NCBI GenBank assembly: GCA_965660855.1
Contig: CBFIBM010000007.1
Coordinates: forward strand, 4,061 to 68,060
DNA: 64,000 nt
Direction: 5' to 3'
Origin: an uncultured bacterium
Lineage (GTDB): Bacteria > Fidelibacterota > Marinisomatia > Marinisomatales > UBA1611
In this document: in pieces, positions 58,701-64,000 of the stretch
Layout of the letters: each line of letters opens with the position of its first letter
Numbering within the stretch: the first letter of the stretch is position 1
Notes under the pieces: model-generated
The model's database searches: none
Seen by the model: the letters and a program-made list of their open reading frames with translations, nothing else
Told to the model about the DNA's origin: nothing
Made by a program: the position numbers and the translations under genes

Positions 58701-60538
58701 TTCACAAATATTTGTAGTATTGTCGACGAATCTATTTGAGTTGGGTTTATTTGAATAGACTTCCAAGTATTCCCAAATAAGGAAAGAGTTGAATTGTTTT
58801 CAGGTATTAATTCAGTTGTATCTACAATATAACCAAATTGATCTTGGTCCTCATCAATAACTGATTCAATAACTATATTCCCATCAAATGAGAATAGTGT
58901 TGTTGGAGGCGAATGGCCAGGTAAAATATTTGTAGAGATTTCAGACCAATCACTCGTATTATTAAAATGGTCAATAGCACGAATTTGGAAAAACCAAGGA
59001 ATTGCATTGTTAAATCCATAAAGGATCAGTTCATTTTTTCTCATATATTGTAAATCTGGGTAACTATCTCTATCTATGAGAGTTGGATTATACATTAGAG
59101 AATCTGAACTAATTTTAATTTGATATGATTTAAAATTTGTATCGGTTGATGGGATCCAACTCAATTTAATCTGGTCAGGATTATCCTGATTTTGGGAAAA
59201 TAAATTTTCAGGATTTGAAGGAGGCATTTGATCATCATGATTTTCCCAATCAATTAAATATTCATTTAATGAATTAATAAATGGCTGATAATATTGTAAT
59301 ATTTTAGAAAAATTATTTATTCCTGTAGGGTAAAGATTAGAAGTGTAGGTATCATCATTTATTATTTCTAGATTATCGAGAAGATCAGGTTTTTCATCAA
59401 ATTCTATATGTACCCAAGTTTCGTATATAGAGTAATTATTGACTTTTGATTGGAGATTAATCATTTGAACACCATTTGAAGGACCTCTTAACTCTGATGC
59501 TAAAGTAATTTCAAATTTTTCATTTCCATTATCATAAAAACAATAATCATCATAATATGCTTCATAATAATCAGTAACATGTAAAGGATTATGATTTCCG
59601 AATTCATTTTCAAGAATGGGATATTCAGGTGTGAAATTTATAATATCAAAATTATCATTTGATATATCTCTTATTGGTTTTGTAGTGAAGGGTTTTTGTT
59701 CGCCTGCAGCTAAGATAATTGATTTTCTATCAAGATGCGACTCATTGTCAAAACTATGAATAGCTAACACTAAAGGTGAATGGGGTTCCTGATTGAATAA
59801 AGGACTAGTAATTTTTTCTTGAAATTTTTGAAAAACAGAAAAAGGGTATCGTGATGGATCCGAATGAGATTTATTATTTGAAAACTCCCCCTCTTCAGAC
59901 CATTGAACTTCTCTCCCGGCACTACTAATCATAAAAGCATAGGACTTTGTTTGAATGAAAATATTTAAAGCTAAATACGGAGCTATAAAATCATCACATG
60001 GATGCGGAACTTGAATAACAACTTGATTCTTATCGGCATCTGGATTAATTATATACATTCCCCAACTATTATTGAAGCTGCCATAAATATCATCTAATTC
60101 ATTTTCAGGCTGGTTATTATCTACATAAGAAGAGTCTAATTTTTCTCGAATTATGTGATATGTATCATTTGTTATTGTGTCATTAAAAACGACAAGTTCA
60201 TAAAAAAAAGTTTCTATGGAATCTATCAATAATGAATCAACTTGAGGTAGGTTCCCGCTTATAAAACTTTCAAAAATATTTTCCCAATAAACTAGAGTTG
60301 CAGAATTTTGATTTAATTTTCTATGATTCCCAAATCCATTTTTTTGAACGTCTAAAAAATCTGGACCGTAATCATTATAGTTAGGTTCTGCAATACCTTC
60401 AGTAACATGACTTAACCAGTTATCGTATGATGAATTAGGAGCAGATCCACCAAAGAATTGAAGGAGGTTACCATCTTCAAATATTACTTCTGAAAAAGAT
60501 ATTGAAACAAAAATTGGAATATAAAATAAAATTTTCAT
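55787..60538 (-). CDS. secreted multidomain CapA (PGA_cap metallophosphatase) protein with FN3, PKD and C-terminal dockerin
   Basis: GDIMLGR, ANLE, ANNHILDY, EFHSG, HHPH, SLGNF; WDFGDG; GDINGDGVVSLLD...ADLDYNLKIDIYD. Confidence 0.85.
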   Translation of the reverse strand: MKILFYIPIFVSISFSEVIFEDGNLLQFFGGSAPNSSYDNWLSHVTEGIAEPNYNDYGPDFLDVQKNGFGNHRKLNQNSATLVYWENIFESFISGNLPQVDSLLIDSIETFFYELVVFNDTITNDTYHIIREKLDSSYVDNNQPENELDDIYGSFNNSWGMYIINPDADKNQVVIQVPHPCDDFIAPYLALNIFIQTKSYAFMISSAGREVQWSEEGEFSNNKSHSDPSRYPFSVFQKFQEKITSPLFNQEPHSPLVLAIHSFDNESHLDRKSIILAAGEQKPFTTKPIRDISNDNFDIINFTPEYPILENEFGNHNPLHVTDYYEAYYDDYCFYDNGNEKFEITLASELRGPSNGVQMINLQSKVNNYSIYETWVHIEFDEKPDLLDNLEIINDDTYTSNLYPTGINNFSKILQYYQPFINSLNEYLIDWENHDDQMPPSNPENLFSQNQDNPDQIKLSWIPSTDTNFKSYQIKISSDSLMYNPTLIDRDSYPDLQYMRKNELILYGFNNAIPWFFQIRAIDHFNNTSDWSEISTNILPGHSPPTTLFSFDGNIVIESVIDEDQDQFGYIVDTTELIPENNSTLSLFGNTWKSIQINPTQIDSSTILQIFVKIDSISEIQGVLFENSENKILRYAFSGTELLNIEDWIPVYQGAFQNSNWNSYRLPLGDDWLSIYDSLSVITKITFVNEHDDSLSNPGSIRFSIIRNITSDLPIPPNVRIETNNINIITSHTRNSFSFSSIIEDMDSQFFTYNWDFGDGNYSNLKNPIHQFNSQENIQYKVILVVEDETGLIGWDSKDIVLDSINGNTSAITMNFIGDIMLGRRFEDIDGIVTNQGADALFEPTYEILGSAADITVANLEIPLTNHDTPHPTKGVVFKANPNSVNAMVNAGIDVVSIANNHILDYMESGLIQTQDVLRESGIIFSGAGLNSQEAYLPAFKSVNGRTISFLASSDRTGQYNNYQPYLNAGENKSGFAYMTPYYIRKQIESVKDISDLIVIEFHSGSEYSFEPGSDYDYYTSSRDDFARIKSNPASNLGFSTTYLDEEEDYSTRLDQPQMWDRAIRHFAIDEGADLVIVHHPHIIQGVEVYNEKLIAHSLGNFIFDLNYPETYPSMILNSKSNDTGIYEYSISPLYIDDYLTKPATGELGNYILNDVANKSRKLDTYVHVNIDSNIAHVIMDTTVMESNNFYYNKLITSKDTLSINGIELYESIPIKLSNAGSLSRVLNSDLNIIYYRLGKEKVWMNNFENEGSTLWNFNSPNEGIQDSVFRRGDAAAQHIRYADSPGNIVTNFEEKIPIKNELEYTLHGYLKTNNGKNVTLEFRSSINRTGDNIETISLEDSINGDSPWRKYWENISIPDNAEFFDIRLNSSVPDTGISFSWFDDVGLIEWDSLMPFPSFPLDFIHPNNYNYIQIYTDQFSEIEDKIELQNTTFGSFSNLVSIPKVVNQIIMIPDFFYFFDESTGPVGDKSWTFNNEIILNSDDPYFYCNEPGVYEVNLLISGLNDEMNESSITVIAIDPNIILNNRGDINGDGVVSLLDILLCSNSILGFNNLTPEEFLVADLDYNLKIDIYDVLKISDSVY

Positions 60539-60596
60539 AATTGAATACCGGGAAAATATAAATTATGAAAGGTGGAAAAACTATATAACTAAACTT

Positions 60597-63500
60597 CTAT
60601 TTTAGATAAAGTACTTTTTGGTAAAGATTGTTTTTTGAATTCTGTAATGTCAAAAAATAAATACCTGTTGAGACATTAAACCCTTTTTCGTTGGTCCCAT
60701 TCCAATTCAAATTTTGTAAACCAGGAGTTATGTTATTTAATGGAATTACTTTTACAACTTCTCCTCTTATATTCGAAATCATTAATTTTTCATTAAATAA
60801 TCCAGACATCATAATTGGAATATTAACATAACCATTAAAAGGGTTTGGGTATGGGGAAAGTATTTTATAATTATTAGGAAAAGAATTTGATTCTTCCATG
60901 TTAGTAAGATATGAAGAGTTTTGAATGCCTGGAGATCCATAGAGGTTGAGTGAACCTGCCCAGGAGTTTGCTAAAGCATTATCGAGGTCTAAATTTACCA
61001 ACTCTAAAGTATGACCATTTCCATCTGGAGAATTAGGCCAAGGTTCATTATCATCATACTCCACAGAATCTATTAAAGAACCAAACCTATCATAAACACG
61101 TATTTGATCTCCACCGCCACTAAGTCCAAAATCCATGGGACCTAATAAATTATTGACAGATGAATGAAATGAAGAAAATAGATTTTGATCTTGAGAAATA
61201 ATTAAATATTCATTTTCACCAAGAACAGTTCCCTCTGGGAAAATAAAACTATGACTATCATCATCATCTTTTAAAACCCAGTTTGATAGATCTAATGTGG
61301 ATTGACCTTTGTTAATTAGTTCAACCCAATCTCCTGTATCATGATCTGAATTTGAGTTATAATTAATCTCATTTATGACAATCTCTCCTGGGCTTAAGTT
61401 ACTTTCTGTAAAAATAGCAGTAAGATTTCCAGGAATTGATGATAACTGCATTATTGATCCTGAATCTGGATATTCTTGCCAATGACTGAATTCATACCCA
61501 GAGTTTGGGATAGCTGAAACTTCAGAAATGATATTTGGGAAATAAAGACCTGTCCACTGGTTGTCAGTGATTTTTAAAGAATTTAAATGTAAAGATCCAG
61601 AATTTTGCGGTTGAATATTAATTGTTACCTCAACCATACTATCTAAACCAAACTGATTTTGAATGTGACTTCTGGCAAAATTAGACCTATTTTGACTAAA
61701 ATTATAAATATTATTCAATCTACTTTCCCAGTTTACTGCGGAGTTAGGCCACCACCCATTATTAAACCATTTATTTCGATGCCTAGGTATAATATCTTCA
61801 ATATTACTCCTTATTGAATCTAAGTGATTCGTCAAGTTGTCAGGTTTAAAAGTAGTATTCAGTAGATCACAGTAAATTGATATAAAACGACTTTTAAAAT
61901 GATCGTTTGCAATTATCTTTCTAAAAATTAGAGTGCTCCATGGTGGATTAGGCCATCCTGGTCCATTTTCTTCAAGTGCAAAGTCTAGTGTGTTAAATGC
62001 GTATGCATTTGACTGCCAAATTCCAAATCCAAAATCAGTATCATATAAAATCCATCTCCATTTACCTCCAGGTCGCCGATCTCTCCAAAATTTTATATTA
62101 TTTCCAGGCCAATCTCTATTATCAATGAATATTTGAAAAGCATGATAGCTTAAAAAAGAATCAATGTCTATCCAATTTTCTAATGCATTTTGTACAATCC
62201 CATCATTCATATTATTTGATTCAATATATTCAATTAGGTTTTGATAATCAGTCCTCGTACCATTGACAATTTCTAAATATCCATTGTTAGCTTCTCCACC
62301 ATTTCCAGCCAATAAATCTATATGATCAGGATTAATATTATGATTAGAAGCTATAAAATGTTCGTTAACTTTTTCACGTATATTTTGAATTCCCCAAAAT
62401 TGGCCATTAATATATAATATAGAAGGTCTGTATTCTTGATGATCAATATCTAAATTATCTGTTAAACTTGTAATAAAGCCATCTCTAAGCATAGTTGATT
62501 CCCAATCATTACCTGAATTTCTTAATACAAAGGCTTCGTAATTTTCAATGTTTGAATCAGGAAACAGGGCATAATCAAAAGAGCTAGTTCCTATAGAGCT
62601 CCTTGAAAAAAAAGAAAGAGATTTTTGGGGGAAACCCCGACTCCAGCCACCGAAAATTTTCACTCCAGCATCTGCAGAATAACCTTCATTATTTGGATCA
62701 AGAATTTCAAAATGAATTGGCCTTTCCCAATCTTCCCAAAAATTAGCACCGAAATGTGGAAAATCGTTACTAGCATTTGGTCCCATTGCATACATACCAG
62801 TGTCTTCATGAAAAAAACTATTACTATCTGTTGTAAGGAAAAAAACTGGTATACCCTCTGGATATTCCTCACCAATTATGTATGTTTTAGATTCAGTTTT
62901 TGATGGAGCCCAACCTTCAAGGAACGATTTTGCTCTAATAACTGAATTTTCACTTACGTATATTGGAGAAGAGTACATAGGGTCCAACCGATCAGGTACA
63001 GAACCATCTAATGTATAGTGTGTGGTCGCAATTGGATGTTCTTGAGCTATAAAAAGTGCTTGCTCATCATCGTAAAATCCAGATTGTATTGAAAAAGAGG
63101 GTTTTTGCAGTGATCCTAAAAAGGAGGATGTGGTATTTGCCTCGCCAGGTGTTGTCTCAGAAAATAAAGCCCAATTAATTTCATTTGGAATTCTACCAAA
63201 AGACATATCTGTATCAAGTTGTCCTGTAAAAATTGAATCAATTATCTCATTAGAACTATTTGAAAAGATTATATTTTCGCCAGAAGAACTAATTTTGAAA
63301 TTTGTGTGTAAAAATGAGTCTGGTAAAATCATTCTCTCATCGGGATTTCTAATATCTGAAACGTCTGTATTGTATCCAAATGTTAAAAAAGGAATGCATG
63401 ATAGATCAGAGGATGAGCTCGAGTAATTATGTACTTCGATTGCTATAGTATTTTGTCCTGGGTAAATAGGAAATAAATCGGGGTCAATTACAAAAGCGTT

Positions 63501-63998
63501 TGGAAATCCTCCAGAGTATATTTCTGCTTCATGAAGTGCTGTTGCAGTCGTGTTGTAGCTTGTATTTGTACCTGGTAAACCAAGGTTTTCTCTTGAAAAC
63601 TCAACACCATTAATATAAGCAATGTAACCATCATCAAAATCAAGATGAAATAGTACTTTAGAAATATTAGACAGTTCATCTATGAAAAAGTTAGTACGAA
63701 CATAAATTGAAATTGTCTGATTGACTGTGGTGTTATCATCATTGTCTCCATATCCAAAACCACTTTGACCGATGGGCCAATTTGATACATCTGTATATGG
63801 TTGTTCCCAATTATTTATAGGTTCGCTATTGCCAATCCAATAGGACCAGGTGTCGCCAATATCTAAAATCGCATCCCAACTTTGGATAATATTTACTCTA
63901 TCTTTATCTGAAGCTAAAATGATTGAGTATTCATTGGGAAGGATAGTAAAAGAGGGGAATATCCATTTGTATGGATCTTCGTAATCATCGGAAAGACC
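60597..63998 (-). CDS. CotH kinase family protein with lamin-tail domains and FlgD/T9SS-type CTD (5'-partial)
   Basis: frame is open from the window end (GLSDDYEDPYKWIFP...) into the 911-aa ORF; DWPGNNIKFWR, WILYDTDFG, VINEINYN, PYPNPFN. Confidence 0.88.
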   Translation of the reverse strand, partial: GLSDDYEDPYKWIFPSFTILPNEYSIILASDKDRVNIIQSWDAILDIGDTWSYWIGNSEPINNWEQPYTDVSNWPIGQSGFGYGDNDDNTTVNQTISIYVRTNFFIDELSNISKVLFHLDFDDGYIAYINGVEFSRENLGLPGTNTSYNTTATALHEAEIYSGGFPNAFVIDPDLFPIYPGQNTIAIEVHNYSSSSSDLSCIPFLTFGYNTDVSDIRNPDERMILPDSFLHTNFKISSSGENIIFSNSSNEIIDSIFTGQLDTDMSFGRIPNEINWALFSETTPGEANTTSSFLGSLQKPSFSIQSGFYDDEQALFIAQEHPIATTHYTLDGSVPDRLDPMYSSPIYVSENSVIRAKSFLEGWAPSKTESKTYIIGEEYPEGIPVFFLTTDSNSFFHEDTGMYAMGPNASNDFPHFGANFWEDWERPIHFEILDPNNEGYSADAGVKIFGGWSRGFPQKSLSFFSRSSIGTSSFDYALFPDSNIENYEAFVLRNSGNDWESTMLRDGFITSLTDNLDIDHQEYRPSILYINGQFWGIQNIREKVNEHFIASNHNINPDHIDLLAGNGGEANNGYLEIVNGTRTDYQNLIEYIESNNMNDGIVQNALENWIDIDSFLSYHAFQIFIDNRDWPGNNIKFWRDRRPGGKWRWILYDTDFGFGIWQSNAYAFNTLDFALEENGPGWPNPPWSTLIFRKIIANDHFKSRFISIYCDLLNTTFKPDNLTNHLDSIRSNIEDIIPRHRNKWFNNGWWPNSAVNWESRLNNIYNFSQNRSNFARSHIQNQFGLDSMVEVTINIQPQNSGSLHLNSLKITDNQWTGLYFPNIISEVSAIPNSGYEFSHWQEYPDSGSIMQLSSIPGNLTAIFTESNLSPGEIVINEINYNSNSDHDTGDWVELINKGQSTLDLSNWVLKDDDDSHSFIFPEGTVLGENEYLIISQDQNLFSSFHSSVNNLLGPMDFGLSGGGDQIRVYDRFGSLIDSVEYDDNEPWPNSPDGNGHTLELVNLDLDNALANSWAGSLNLYGSPGIQNSSYLTNMEESNSFPNNYKILSPYPNPFNGYVNIPIMMSGLFNEKLMISNIRGEVVKVIPLNNITPGLQNLNWNGTNEKGFNVSTGIYFLTLQNSKNNLYQKVLYLK

Positions 63999-64000
63999 AA

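Noticed and set aside
795..63679. Numerous 60-142 aa ORFs overlapping larger genes (e.g. 795-1223, 16075-16305, 30843-31148, 63130-63426, 63488-63679)
   Set aside because: Antisense or alternate-frame shadows of well-supported genes, with no motifs.

Overview
Low-GC bacterial chromosome segment. Gene content (LptD_2-type LPS transporter, alpha2-type GlyRS, ECF/FecR/TonB module, secreted proteins with dockerin or 'YPNPFN' C-terminal domains) suggests an FCB-group marine bacterium such as Marinimicrobia/SAR406; this is inference only. Left to right: (i) one minus-strand run of panD-queCEDF, an amidinotransferase/DDAH-family enzyme, a CntA/choline-monooxygenase-like Rieske oxygenase and a lysine/saccharopine dehydrogenase; (ii) tmRNA; (iii) ECF sigma-FecR-TonB receptor, divergent from an operon ending in a cohesin-like lipoprotein and a 2457-aa repeat protein; (iv) housekeeping genes (argS, rsfS, mnmA, rlmN, ggt, glyQS, topA, hisS, lptD-like, FKBP); (v) a ~5 kb very AT-rich island (~48.2-53.2 kb) with an orphan ORF and a ParB-methyltransferase fusion; (vi) large secreted CapA-dockerin and CotH proteins. 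The strongest unexplained signals are in the island. GpC dinucleotides and alanine are strongly depleted, the few non-coding GpCs left sit almost only in a TAGC(AC)/(GT)GCTA motif, and the ParB-MTase gene contains an in-frame 24-bp perfect palindrome. All counts were made by eye and no database searches were run.
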